The notes beneath the pieces are model-generated. The model was not told the DNA's origin and made no database searches. It saw only the letters and a program-made list of their open reading frames with translations. 64,000 nucleotides of DNA, from the IMG/VR virus record IMGVR_UViG_3300033463_000008; one strand, 5' to 3'. This document shows, one piece after another, positions 27,335 to 35,811 of the stretch. The stretch's first letter is position 1; each line of letters begins with the position of its first letter. The DNA is from a virus (Duplodnaviria; Caudoviricetes). Position numbers and translations under genes: made by a program.

Positions 27335-27913
27335 ATGCCAGCTGACATCAAACATGTACCACAGATGGAATCGATGATGGCTTTCTACACAAAATTTGCC
27401 AATTCATTCGATTGCCCGACTATCTTGGCCGAGGCTGCTACCGAGATGTTCAAAGAAGTCCTTCTGGAAGCTTCTCAGTCAAGCGACGTTGCTGACCAGC
27501 TCCGTCAAAAAGTGGGTGTAAATCCAAACGAGACCCAGGGTATTGATGTGTTCGGACTTAGCGGCGATGACAACCTTCCGCGGCAAACTACCATCGACAA
27601 CGAGATTTCGGATGCGATGATAAGCGGTTCGTTTGATTCTCTGGGCGATGACATTTCCACCACAGATCCAAATAGTTTCGATGAAACTGCAATGGGTCTC
27701 GGAAGTTCAGAATTTGACACTTCCGATAACGAACTAAACCCGGACGACTGGACAGCAGAAGAGCAAACCTCGGATACTGATATACCGGAAACTGCTGAAG
27801 ATGCAAACAGCACCGGTGGTGATGAACTTGAACCAGCTGCCGATGAAGGTGGCATGGAAGATGATTTAAACTCGACCGGCGATGATGCCGAAATGAGTAC
27901 AGGGGAATTATAA
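27335..27913 (+). CDS. Highly acidic protein with shared leader
   Basis: AFYTKFANSFDCPTILAEAATEMFKEVLLEA; D/E-rich tail; TATAAGAC upstream. Confidence 0.75.
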   Translation: MPADIKHVPQMESMMAFYTKFANSFDCPTILAEAATEMFKEVLLEASQSSDVADQLRQKVGVNPNETQGIDVFGLSGDDNLPRQTTIDNEISDAMISGSFDSLGDDISTTDPNSFDETAMGLGSSEFDTSDNELNPDDWTAEEQTSDTDIPETAEDANSTGGDELEPAADEGGMEDDLNSTGDDAEMSTGEL

Positions 27914-27928
27914 TAAGGAGACTCCAAA

Positions 27929-28654
27929 ATGAATAAAATCCAACAAAAGTACAATGCTTTCATGGAAAGCGTATGCACTCAGTTCAACTGCAAGCAGGCA
28001 CTTCCGGCCCTCAGACAGGGTTTCAAGGCTTTCTGCGAAGCCGTTGATGTCGATTACGACCCGTTCGACATTGACAATATGGTCGCCAACGCGTCCGATG
28101 CCGAATTCGGTGCCGAAAACAATGACAGCCGGTATAATATCGACCGTGTCACCGGTCAAGGAAGCGTTGACTTTGACGAAGGTGACGCCGATGATACTAA
28201 CGTCGCCCTCGTGACTCAGAGGCTTGCCAAGAGACTGCAGGTTCTATTTGATCGCGAATCTTACCGAGCTCTCAGTGCAAGACTGGATGACAGACATGAC
28301 AACTGGATTGTTATTAATGTCGATGGCATTTATATGGGTACGGTAGTAGTTACTGGCAACACCGTGTCAGCAGAATATCCAGAATTCTCTGATGGGAATG
28401 GCCGCGCACTTCCTTTCAGCAATGTTAAGTGTTCTGTAAGTAAGTTCGATTTAGATGATCCTCAACTAGCAGACAATGTGGCCGCAGTATATTTGGATAG
28501 GGCCATGTCTGTCAGTTCCAAAGTGAATGCATTGAACAGAGAACCTTATGAAGTCACACGCGAACGCCAGCAAAAAATACTTAATGCCGGCGCTGATATG
28601 AATGATGATGAATTTGCGAATGCATTGCGCAATCACGAGTTCGACAATTTGTAA
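27929..28654 (+). CDS. Hypothetical protein with shared leader
   Basis: TAAGGAG RBS; KYNAFMESVCTQFNCKQALPALRQGFKAFCEA. Confidence 0.78.
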   Translation: MNKIQQKYNAFMESVCTQFNCKQALPALRQGFKAFCEAVDVDYDPFDIDNMVANASDAEFGAENNDSRYNIDRVTGQGSVDFDEGDADDTNVALVTQRLAKRLQVLFDRESYRALSARLDDRHDNWIVINVDGIYMGTVVVTGNTVSAEYPEFSDGNGRALPFSNVKCSVSKFDLDDPQLADNVAAVYLDRAMSVSSKVNALNREPYEVTRERQQKILNAGADMNDDEFANALRNHEFDNL

Positions 28655-28679
28655 TATATAAAGCATCTACCTATTTAAT

Positions 28680-28710
28680 AAAACCACCGGGATTCCGGTG
28701 GTTTTCTTTT
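28680..28710. terminator. Bidirectional intrinsic terminator
   Basis: AAAACCACCGG-GATT-CCGGTGGTTTT. Confidence 0.85.
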
Positions 28711-29816
28711 TAGTTCGGTGTAACGGTAGGATTGATTTTTGCCCGTTCGTTCTTGTCCTTTCGCTTTTCAGCCTTGGCAATTTCCCTGACCTGTGCACGA
28801 GCTTCCTTGTCCCTTTCGCGCAGGCGTTTCATCAGGCTCTGCCTGACTTCCTTGTTATATTCGCGACGTTCATCCGGAACATTACCTTCACGGACGAACT
28901 TGTCAAGATTGCCGATAACCCTGGAGAGCTTGATTTCTTCATCGTTCATCACGTTCACTGCGGTAAGACGTGCAGTGGACTGTTCACGGACATTCTTGAC
29001 CTTGTCATCAATCTGATCCCAGATGCCATACAGCCTATGGAAATTCTGGTTGATGTAGGTCAACAGCCCGGAACTTGACATCGGTTTCTGGTTGATGCTA
29101 CCCTCAGGAATCCAGCGGTCCGCCTTCCAAGTCTTTCCCTCGACAAACACGGGAACAATCATCAGCCGTCCGTCGCTGCCAACACGCACCAGTGTCATAT
29201 GGTTGGTATCAGCTGCCCAGCAGATGCACTTTCTGCGTTTCACGCCGCCATCGTCAAATGCAAGGCTCACTGTTTCCGGACACTGGAAAATCACTCCCCA
29301 GTAATAACCCTGGGTATCGGACGGTTTCAGGTCAGACAGCTTGGTGACATAGATATAGCCGTTGCGACGGCCACCAACTTCTTCCGGCTTTGAGTTGGTT
29401 TCAATTTTCCAGAACGCATTTAGGTTCGGGCTTCCGTGATACACCTGCTCGGTAACGATATCACGAGCTTCAACCTCGGACTGCATTAGGTCAATGAACC
29501 AGGTTTCATCCGGTTCAATTACCGGTTCGGAAGTATGGTAAAATAGATTCAAGGTACCGTTCACAAATTCCAGCCAATCCTTGTCGGTGTCGTTCTGGAA
29601 ATCATAGTTATTGAACCATTCTTCGTATTTCTGCTGTGCCGCTGTAGGCAACTGGACCACGCGGAACATGTTACGAAACTGGAACGGGGAATAGCCGGCC
29701 TCTTTGCATTTCTTGGTAATCCAGAAATCCAATATAACGTCCTTGTGGGACTTCCAAGTAATCCCATCTTCAATGTAGTTGATGAGACGAATGCCAGCAA
29801 TCTTACGAGCCTTCAC
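28710..29816 (-). CDS. Hypothetical protein with basic coiled-coil C-terminus
   Basis: AAGGAG RBS before GTG; TATAAACT at 29840-29847. Confidence 0.78.
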   Translation of the reverse strand: MKARKIAGIRLINYIEDGITWKSHKDVILDFWITKKCKEAGYSPFQFRNMFRVVQLPTAAQQKYEEWFNNYDFQNDTDKDWLEFVNGTLNLFYHTSEPVIEPDETWFIDLMQSEVEARDIVTEQVYHGSPNLNAFWKIETNSKPEEVGGRRNGYIYVTKLSDLKPSDTQGYYWGVIFQCPETVSLAFDDGGVKRRKCICWAADTNHMTLVRVGSDGRLMIVPVFVEGKTWKADRWIPEGSINQKPMSSSGLLTYINQNFHRLYGIWDQIDDKVKNVREQSTARLTAVNVMNDEEIKLSRVIGNLDKFVREGNVPDERREYNKEVRQSLMKRLRERDKEARAQVREIAKAEKRKDKNERAKINPTVTPN

Positions 29817-29935
29817 AGGTTCTCCTTGTTTCTAGCATCAGTTTATATCAAATAATGTCCCATGATCAGCCACACCCGGACATCCGGTATCCCAAAACAT
29901 ATAAATCTATCGGAAAATCCTGCAGGAAAATATTT

Positions 29936-30682
29936 ATGATGGATAACAAATATTCGATAGACATGTTTGACTTGCCCACCGAAAGCGAACTCGGTGTAGC
30001 AATTATGGAAGCTTCCAAGAAGGCCCCGAAAGAAGGCGGCTTCGACGAAGAAACTATGTTCCCGTTCTGGAAGCCACAGGGCGGACCACATGCACTCAAG
30101 GTCAGCGACAAATCTGGCGTGGTGAAGCCGAAGGTAGATTTTGTTGCTTCCGAAACCAGTATCGATGCCGCATGGGAAAAGTTCCTCGGTAGCGACAAGG
30201 CCAAGGCAAAGACTGCAAAGCCGATTACCGAAGTTGACAATTTCGGCAGCGTAGTGCTCGACAGCTTCGCACAGAAGCCATCGACAGACAAGCTTGTCGG
30301 TTCCATCAAGGCATTGAGGAAGACTACGGTCAAGGAAATGTCCGGCAAGGTCACCCACACCGTGGAAGAACTCGGAATTGGCAAGGTCGTTGAAAAGTCC
30401 AACGCAGCCAGCCCGAAAAAGAACAACACCGGCGCCGTAAAGCCGAAGGCTGCCATGGGCAAGCAGAACATCCCGAACATCTTCAACGAAAAACCGAAGA
30501 TGATTGATGTCAGCGGAACCGTGACAACTCTCGATTCCTATGATGCCAAGTTGAAGTCCACGCCGAACGATGTCACCATCCACAGCAAGGCTGACCATCC
30601 AGGCAAGGACAATACCGGTGCAGTGAAGCCGAAGGCTGCACTCGGCAAGCAGCGTGTTCCATCCAAGGACATGGGAAAGTAA
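29936..30682 (+). CDS. Lys-rich protein with a repeated 14-aa motif
   Basis: AGGA RBS before ATG 29936; NTGAVKPKAAMGKQ / NTGAVKPKAALGKQ; AIMEAS site near the N-terminus. Confidence 0.7.
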   Translation: MMDNKYSIDMFDLPTESELGVAIMEASKKAPKEGGFDEETMFPFWKPQGGPHALKVSDKSGVVKPKVDFVASETSIDAAWEKFLGSDKAKAKTAKPITEVDNFGSVVLDSFAQKPSTDKLVGSIKALRKTTVKEMSGKVTHTVEELGIGKVVEKSNAASPKKNNTGAVKPKAAMGKQNIPNIFNEKPKMIDVSGTVTTLDSYDAKLKSTPNDVTIHSKADHPGKDNTGAVKPKAALGKQRVPSKDMGK

Positions 30683-30688
30683 TCCACT

Positions 30689-31387
30689 ATGGCAAGAAGG
30701 CATGTCTATGATAGAAGGCTATCCAGAAGCCCCGCGCCCGTGCACGGAGGGTTCTGGCGCCTGCGCATAGGACCTCTGCCGGTATCGTGGGAGGACGAGG
30801 CAAACGATGCCGAATTTACCACGGTGCCTCACACCGCTCCCCCACCGGAAATTACGAATGCGCTAATCCAGAAATACAACTGTCCAGGGCTCAGCATCAA
30901 GTATTCCCCGGAAGGCCATTATAAGTTCGTTACCAATATTCCAATCCAGGAAGACAACGAATACGAGAAGACTTTCCAGGTGACGATGCTCTGTGACAAC
31001 TGGTATGAAAACTGGTGGGCATTCCACCGGTACATGGACACCGTAATGAGTGGACGTACCGGAGGTTTCCCGGAACAGGATCCGGAGCACAGGATTTACG
31101 GCTTGGACCGGTCGTACAGGAACCGTCTGACCTTCATCCCGTACATCGAGATGCACGCGGCGGACGATTGCGCCCAGGAACACATGATTGTCAGGTTTGA
31201 GCGGTGCCGACTCACGGATTTGAGCGACCTGCAGCCTCAGTTGCGCGGAGTCGATCCGCTCCCGTTCACCATAACAGTCAAGTATGAAATCAAGCGCATC
31301 ATCCGACTTCCCGACCCGAATAACTTAATGAGTGCAATTTGCGTCTCGACCAGTAACAACAGCTACACCGACGGACAAACAGGTTAA
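30689..31387 (+). CDS. Tail-tube-fold protein, T4 gp3-like tube terminator
   Basis: CPGLSI...EY....VTMLCD...ENW......M...F..C...DLSDL...FTITVKY resembles gp3. Confidence 0.55.
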   Translation: MARRHVYDRRLSRSPAPVHGGFWRLRIGPLPVSWEDEANDAEFTTVPHTAPPPEITNALIQKYNCPGLSIKYSPEGHYKFVTNIPIQEDNEYEKTFQVTMLCDNWYENWWAFHRYMDTVMSGRTGGFPEQDPEHRIYGLDRSYRNRLTFIPYIEMHAADDCAQEHMIVRFERCRLTDLSDLQPQLRGVDPLPFTITVKYEIKRIIRLPDPNNLMSAICVSTSNNSYTDGQTG

Positions 31388-31389
31388 CC

Positions 31390-32469
31390 ATGGCAACACC
31401 AGTACCCAACAAGACATATCAGACCGGTCAGGATGTTGGAAACACCGGCGTAAAGGAACGCGGGGTCATTGGCCGTAAACTGGTTGATTTCTACCAGACC
31501 GCCAGGGGCCACATACCTAACCGGTATGAAGTGTACCTATACGGACCGTATGTCGAGGAAGCACTGCGGGTCATGGACCGAAATTCCTTCGCCGACAAGT
31601 ATCAGATGTCGGAAGTCAAGGTATTTCCAAACACGCTCGACTATTACAAGAAGAATCAGTTTGACGACTGGTTTGCACATGCATGGAACAACGATGACAA
31701 GACCCTCTGCATGAGGTGGAACGCCAAGGCAATTGATGTTCCGGGCGCCAAGGCGCAGATGGAATGGTTCATGGTCGATTCCACGAAGACGATGGAATAT
31801 CCGCTCATTACGGGAAACGACAGACCGTCCGAACTAGACCTCACGGTGCTGGATGACAGCTACATGATGTGGTTCCAGTTCTTCAACGCACTATACAACG
31901 TGCAATTCAGCCCGCTTGTCCTGAAGCCACGTAGCACCATGCAGAAAATCAACCTGTATGTGAACATGTACTATGAAGCCATCACGATGGGCCGCTCACA
32001 TGACACCAGGACATTCCTGAACTCCAAGGATACCGACAAGGATCCGGTCATTACGGATATTGACGTTGGGCAGATGTTCGAGTTCAACTCATGCGTGCTT
32101 TTGAATGCCCCTCAGGTAAAGATGTCGTATGATGAACAGAACCAGTTCCAGTTCTCTGTAAAGCTGGCCTACCCGAACTCCTTCCAGGGTTCCTTCAAGA
32201 AGAAATTCCGTTATCTTCGCGACAATACCACCAGGGGTGTCGATGCCGGTCACGCTCTCATCAAGGAATCAACCGAAAGTTCCCCATACGGAGAATACAA
32301 CAAGGGATTCTATGAAACCCCATACACCACTTGGCAAGGCACCAAGAGTGCATACACTTACGAGACCTATAATCCGAATGATTACAAGGAATACATGAAG
32401 ACTCACCCGACGGCATTCAACACGCCAAACAAGTATAATTACGACATGCGTGACGCTTACAAGAAGTAG
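31390..32469 (+). CDS. Tail-tube-fold baseplate protein, gp54-like
   Basis: PNRYEV...AIDVPG...LDLTVLDD.......FF...P.V.MSY......FSV.LAY. Confidence 0.5.
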   Translation: MATPVPNKTYQTGQDVGNTGVKERGVIGRKLVDFYQTARGHIPNRYEVYLYGPYVEEALRVMDRNSFADKYQMSEVKVFPNTLDYYKKNQFDDWFAHAWNNDDKTLCMRWNAKAIDVPGAKAQMEWFMVDSTKTMEYPLITGNDRPSELDLTVLDDSYMMWFQFFNALYNVQFSPLVLKPRSTMQKINLYVNMYYEAITMGRSHDTRTFLNSKDTDKDPVITDIDVGQMFEFNSCVLLNAPQVKMSYDEQNQFQFSVKLAYPNSFQGSFKKKFRYLRDNTTRGVDAGHALIKESTESSPYGEYNKGFYETPYTTWQGTKSAYTYETYNPNDYKEYMKTHPTAFNTPNKYNYDMRDAYKK

Positions 32470-33192
32470 CTATCGGTCGCACGGTGAATCGAAGAAATCT
32501 AGGTCAAGCGGTTGCTTGGCCATTTCTTTACCAATTCTTTCTATTGTATCGGAAGAATTGTCTGCATCACAGCTATGCGATGAATATGGGTTGCAGCCAT
32601 CCATACCGTAAATAACGGCATTGTTCTTCCCTGTGGGCAGCATAAAGATAGTCACCCTTGCACACCAGGCGCACAAAGACAATACCTTTCCGTATCCAAA
32701 TGCCTGGGCATCCTTCAAACGCGGCAGCGGACTGGAACCATCGAAATATATCTGGGAGAAACGGCTGATGCGGTCAATCGCAGCCCGATTCATGCCAAAG
32801 TTACCAATAGAAATGCCATATCCGTTCGTAAGGACGGATGAATTCTGTATGATTGTTCCATTGGGATTGAACAGGTTCAAGCGCTTGGCACCGCCAACTT
32901 CACGAAAGTCTTTCCAGTGACTCTCCTGATGCAAAACCCGGCCACATGTAATCAACGGATACAGGTGGTTTTCGAGATGTTCAACATGCGACTGGATGAG
33001 GTCATCTTGCATTGCGCAGTTTTTACCAATGAAGATGACATTGTCGCACCCGGCCTCCATGAAATTTGCCAGGCCAGCATTCAGTTGAGATGCGAGTCCG
33101 CACGGTATCGCCGGATTTGCAATAAACACCTGGTAATCACCATATTTTTTCGGGTCAATAAACCCATCGTATGCAAAGATCCCGGTCTTCAT
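32470..33192 (-). CDS. Degenerate GT2-like glycosyltransferase
   Basis: LNAGL...DNVIFIGKNC....LIQSHV...CGR...GNFG layout of GT-A folds without the DxD. Confidence 0.4.
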   Translation of the reverse strand: MKTGIFAYDGFIDPKKYGDYQVFIANPAIPCGLASQLNAGLANFMEAGCDNVIFIGKNCAMQDDLIQSHVEHLENHLYPLITCGRVLHQESHWKDFREVGGAKRLNLFNPNGTIIQNSSVLTNGYGISIGNFGMNRAAIDRISRFSQIYFDGSSPLPRLKDAQAFGYGKVLSLCAWCARVTIFMLPTGKNNAVIYGMDGCNPYSSHSCDADNSSDTIERIGKEMAKQPLDLDFFDSPCDR

Positions 33193-34229
33193 TTTATTAA
33201 CGTCTCCACTCGCTGGCCAAGCATGAGTTCCTTGTTCCCAAACTGCTTAATCAGGTTGACATAGGTATCGTACATCTTGATGTTCGCCTTGGTTGACGGT
33301 ATTTCAGTGATGTCCTCGCCATACAGCGTTTCAACCACTTCGGACATGAACCGTTTGGCCTTTCCATTGAACACGGACACCGCCCAGCAGGATGAAAACG
33401 GAGTGTAGAACAAGCCATCGCCAGCAAATTCAAGCTCCGGAGGGACATTCATGTTGATTGCCGAAAACCTCTGACGCTCAAACCGGCCACCGATATAATC
33501 AACGAACTGGTCCACCCTGTTATCCATGATTATTGTATGACCTGGATATTGATTGTCCTTGATAATTTCGCCAGCTTCTTTCAGAGTAATCTTGCGATAG
33601 CCAATTCCGAACCGTTGCATAATCTTTGCACAGATGTCATGGTACGATGTCTTCGGATGGCAGAAATATTCGTTGTAGTCTTCCTTGGCAAGATATTCCA
33701 GCGGGAATTCGTACTTGAATCCCTGCATGGACAACTTGGAAAGCTGCACCCCGCGCCAGCGGGTGACACCCATTGCCTTAATGAAAGTATCAACAAACTT
33801 GGACGGCATTGCAGTTTTCATTGCGGTAATGACCTTGGTCGGCGGAAGGGCCAGGTCTGCCATGCACGCAGTGACCGTCTTATCGGCAATACCCTCCACG
33901 CATTCATACCACTCGCCAACATCATCGAAAGACTTCTTGGAAAGCGGAAATTGGATAACCCCATTCCGGCGGTTGGCGATCTTTACATTGTCAAATGGAA
34001 TATACAGGTGGCGAGGATTCACATACTCCTCGAAGGTGACTCCGCCACCCATCAGTTCGGAAATGACATCCGCATAGCGGCTGCTTATGCAGTCGCCATA
34101 TGTATCAAGAGGGTCACCGGGCGTAGCCGTTCCCAGCAAGACAACTTCCGATTCGGCACTGGTTGCCAGCCGGACCGCTTCCAGGATGGCATCGAGAGAA
34201 TACCCTATGATTGTAACTCGCTGTTTCAT
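33189..34229 (-). CDS. UDP-galactopyranose mutase (Glf)-like protein, degenerate
   Basis: N-terminal Rossmann strand-helix TIIGYSLDAILEAVRLA; G...FPL; HP..SY; VDQFVDYIGGRF; LGQ near the end; overall length fits Glf. Confidence 0.5.
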   Translation of the reverse strand: MKQRVTIIGYSLDAILEAVRLATSAESEVVLLGTATPGDPLDTYGDCISSRYADVISELMGGGVTFEEYVNPRHLYIPFDNVKIANRRNGVIQFPLSKKSFDDVGEWYECVEGIADKTVTACMADLALPPTKVITAMKTAMPSKFVDTFIKAMGVTRWRGVQLSKLSMQGFKYEFPLEYLAKEDYNEYFCHPKTSYHDICAKIMQRFGIGYRKITLKEAGEIIKDNQYPGHTIIMDNRVDQFVDYIGGRFERQRFSAINMNVPPELEFAGDGLFYTPFSSCWAVSVFNGKAKRFMSEVVETLYGEDITEIPSTKANIKMYDTYVNLIKQFGNKELMLGQRVETLIK

Positions 34230-34654
34230 AATATTTTGGAGTCCTCCTGCAAATAAGGAAGAATGTACTTATCGAGCCATTCGGCATCGGGAAAATCATA
34301 GAGGATGTCGATAATCTTTCCATCACCGTCTGTGAAAATATGCATCGGGAGTTTACTTATCCCAAGTTCATTATAATATCTGTTCGTATGCGGCTCATCC
34401 TCGACAACCATACGAACTCCACGTACCGGATCGTTCAACATGCCGTATTTGTGGAACCAGTTATACATCTCGTCAAGTGAATGCTTGCATACCTTGCAAT
34501 TCGCCATGCCGTTGTAGAAGCTGAAGACCCACATGATGACACGCTGGCTAGAAGTGCAGTCAGCATATACCTGGTTGCCAAATTCAACCAGGCGTTTGCT
34601 CAGAGGCAGATAAATGCCGTCAATTTCCGGCGTTTCTGGATAAGGTTTCGCCAT
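34226..34654 (-). CDS. Thioredoxin-like protein
   Basis: FSFY....CKVC...LGISKLP..IF.DGDGKII. Confidence 0.75.
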   Translation of the reverse strand: MAKPYPETPEIDGIYLPLSKRLVEFGNQVYADCTSSQRVIMWVFSFYNGMANCKVCKHSLDEMYNWFHKYGMLNDPVRGVRMVVEDEPHTNRYYNELGISKLPMHIFTDGDGKIIDILYDFPDAEWLDKYILPYLQEDSKIL

Positions 34655-35154
34655 TAGTATTTCTGCCCACTGCTACCATGTACGACCCTGGAGATAAAAT
34701 CCAAGGCATCAATGCCGGCACGGCATTTTTTCACCAGTTCGGTAAATACGTTTTTCCAGCGTTCAGCTTCGGCAGTGAGTTCCTGAATAACCTTGTCCTT
34801 TTCGGCAATTTTCTTGTCGTACCCGGCAGCCGCACGCTTCATCCCGGCCTCGATACCATCCTGAATACTCATCTTGATGCATTCGCGAAATGGAAGATAT
34901 TCCGGAAGATTCCAGTTGCTGCGGTAAACTTCGTCAATGGTGTCAACCAAAGTTGCATCGAATTTACGGTTTACCCCGGACGTGGCATGGTCATCCTTGG
35001 TATATACGCCGTTGACAGTAGTGCTCAATACCCCGGTATCATCATCGATTACCAGGATTTTCCCTTCCTTGTCATTTTCCGCAATCCCATTGGTTTTATT
35101 GGCAATTTCAGCGCCGTGGATAAACCAGGCCGGTGTTTCTTTTTCATTGCACAT
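34654..35154 (-). CDS. Hypothetical protein
   Basis: GAGGA RBS; TGATGTAGTTTTCCTT motif upstream. Confidence 0.7.
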   Translation of the reverse strand: MCNEKETPAWFIHGAEIANKTNGIAENDKEGKILVIDDDTGVLSTTVNGVYTKDDHATSGVNRKFDATLVDTIDEVYRSNWNLPEYLPFRECIKMSIQDGIEAGMKRAAAGYDKKIAEKDKVIQELTAEAERWKNVFTELVKKCRAGIDALDFISRVVHGSSGQKY

Positions 35155-35185
35155 GATGTTTCCTCTCTATACAAGGAAAACTACA

Positions 35186-35809
35186 TCAAACACCCTTCTT
35201 TGGGCTAAATAGCCCCATCGTATTGCTCTCATTCAGGATCAGCCAGTTTACCCCATGCAGCTGGCACCATTTTTCGGCAGCTTCCCACTTGGCATAGTTG
35301 GTTGCAACATCCATACTCTTGCGCTGGTAAGCCAAGTTCCGCTTTTGATAATTGGCAATCTGCTTGGAAGTAGCCCCTTCCATTACCGGCTTGGGGGCGT
35401 TAGGCATCACCGAATAGGCAACCGGCTTTACCTCGATAAGCCACCGTTCCTTCGAGCCGTCCGCATACTGGCACTCGACATATATGTCCGGCTTGTAAAT
35501 CGACTGGCGCATCTGAACCGGGGAGAAGTACGATATGGAAAACGGCTCATAGCCCCACTTGGTCACAAAGGGATTATGGTCGCAGAATATGAACACCTTG
35601 CGCTCCCAGTCAGACTTGTAATTCACCGGAAGCTGCTCAATCCGTCCCTCGCCCTTACAGCATGGACATACCGACCCGTGGATTTCCCCCTTTCCTCCAC
35701 ATTTAGGACATTCCACCCACTCGCGGGCCTCCTGGAACATATACTTATCCATGTTGTCCACGTAGTAGAAGTCATTGTGGCATCCGGTATAATACGACTT
35801 CTTCGTCAT
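35186..35809 (-). CDS. gp4: Head completion nuclease, T4 gp4-like (TnsA-type PD-(D/E)xK), with zinc-finger insertion
   Basis: YKSDWE...CD.NP....W..EP..I.Y...Y.PD...LIEVKP...N.AKWEAA..WC...G......NE; inserted CPKCGGKG...CPCCKGEG. Confidence 0.88.
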   Translation of the reverse strand: MTKKSYYTGCHNDFYYVDNMDKYMFQEAREWVECPKCGGKGEIHGSVCPCCKGEGRIEQLPVNYKSDWERKVFIFCDHNPFVTKWGYEPFSISYFSPVQMRQSIYKPDIYVECQYADGSKERWLIEVKPVAYSVMPNAPKPVMEGATSKQIANYQKRNLAYQRKSMDVATNYAKWEAAEKWCQLHGVNWLILNESNTMGLFSPKKGV

Positions 35810-35811
35810 AG

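Noticed and set aside
35186-35809. TnsA-like nuclease as evidence of a Tn7-like transposon
   Set aside because: Motifs and context fit T4 gp4 head-completion nuclease; no tnsB/tnsC nearby
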